From: an uncultured Erysipelotrichaceae bacterium
Lineage (GTDB): Bacteria > Bacillota_I > Bacilli_A > Erysipelotrichales > Erysipelotrichaceae
Assembly (NCBI GenBank): GCA_942492995.1
Contig: OW818653.1
Span: forward strand, 1,260,001 to 1,292,000
DNA: 32,000 nt
Reading direction: 5' to 3'
Shown here: positions 31,645 through 32,000 of the stretch, one piece after another
Layout: each line of letters starts with the position of its first letter
How positions within the stretch are numbered: the first letter of the stretch is position 1
Notes under the pieces: model-generated
Databases searched by the model: none
What the model was told of the DNA's origin: nothing
The model's input: only the letters and a program-made list of their open reading frames with translations
Made by a program: the position numbers and the translations under genes

Positions 31645-31908
31645 CTACAAACTCTTTCGAATTGTATCGTATTCTTCTTTTGTAATCTCACCTTTAGCAT
31701 ATCGTTCATTAAGGATTTCTATACTTCGATTACTCGTTTGAGATACAACATTCTTATTTGAACGATTCATCAATGTTTTAATTAGCCAAACGATTCCAAC
31801 AATAACTAGAACGATAATAATTAAACAAACTAACATTCCAAACCAACCAAAGTTGCCCATCATTCCAAATCTTGAAAATGCTTGACCACCACTAAATCCT
31901 CTCATCAT
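31645..31908 (-). CDS. Small SHOCT-domain membrane protein with a Met/Gly/Phe-rich N-terminus
   Basis: 87 aa. MMRGFSGGQAFSRFGMMGNFGWFGM, then TM helix LVCLIIIVLVIVGIVWLI, then LNERYAKGEITKEEYDTI (SHOCT). Confidence 0.7.
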   Translation of the reverse strand: MMRGFSGGQAFSRFGMMGNFGWFGMLVCLIIIVLVIVGIVWLIKTLMNRSNKNVVSQTSNRSIEILNERYAKGEITKEEYDTIRKSL

Positions 31909-32000
31909 ATGTTTACCCTCATATAAAAGTTTAACTTTTATATTATTTTAACTTTCCGTCATATCTCTCTGACATCTGTATCTTAACAGTCAATTGTTAC

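Noticed and set aside
1-32000. Mobile element, prophage, defence-island, CRISPR, tRNA or rRNA content
   Set aside because: No integrase, transposase or recombinase motifs in any frame examined. No long terminal inverted or direct repeats, no spacer-repeat periodicity and no tRNA-like cloverleaf segments in the intergenic regions inspected.

Overview
This is a low-GC, Bacillota-type chromosomal segment that is densely coding. I saw no rRNA, tRNA, CRISPR array, transposase or integrase. The window reads as a chain of metal and redox modules.

(i) 1-1944: a partial extracytoplasmic FMN/FAD flavoprotein reductase and a divergent TetR regulator.

(ii) 1974-6810: small redox and detoxification genes. 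These are a DUF2202 ferritin-like protein, a rhodanese, a thioredoxin-like protein, an orphan PTS-IIB, a PNPOx-like protein, a GNAT, and two aldo/keto reductases whose promoters share an 18-nt MerR-type (19-bp spacer) core.

(iii) 6853-9696: a dtxR-feoA-feoB-Cys-rich-peptide ferrous iron operon, followed by an ABC-F ATPase.

(iv) 11564-13971: an internally duplicated lipoprotein next to an FTR1 iron permease.

(v) 14675-26940: a tungsten/pyranopterin island.
- One minus-strand operon runs moeA, moeA-PBP fusion, moaA, moaC, MOSC-like, moaB, tupA, tupB, tupC, MOSC.
- Divergent from it on the plus strand are a radical-SAM/SPASM maturase, a Moco/Tuco-riboswitch-like leader, a tungsten-type aldehyde:ferredoxin oxidoreductase and moaD.
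- A convergent moeB/thiF closes the island.

(vi) 27095-31908: an OmpR/histidine-kinase pair flanked by cueP, an uncharacterised lipoprotein, an unannotated 31-codon Cys/His/Met micro-ORF and two Met-rich SHOCT membrane proteins. Three of these genes carry the same 20-bp direct-repeat box.

The best candidates for something undescribed are module (vi), a putative metal-stress regulon with the micro-ORF, and module (iv), a duplicated FMN-bind-like lipoprotein coupled to FTR1. All functional calls come from motif recognition by eye. No database search was possible.
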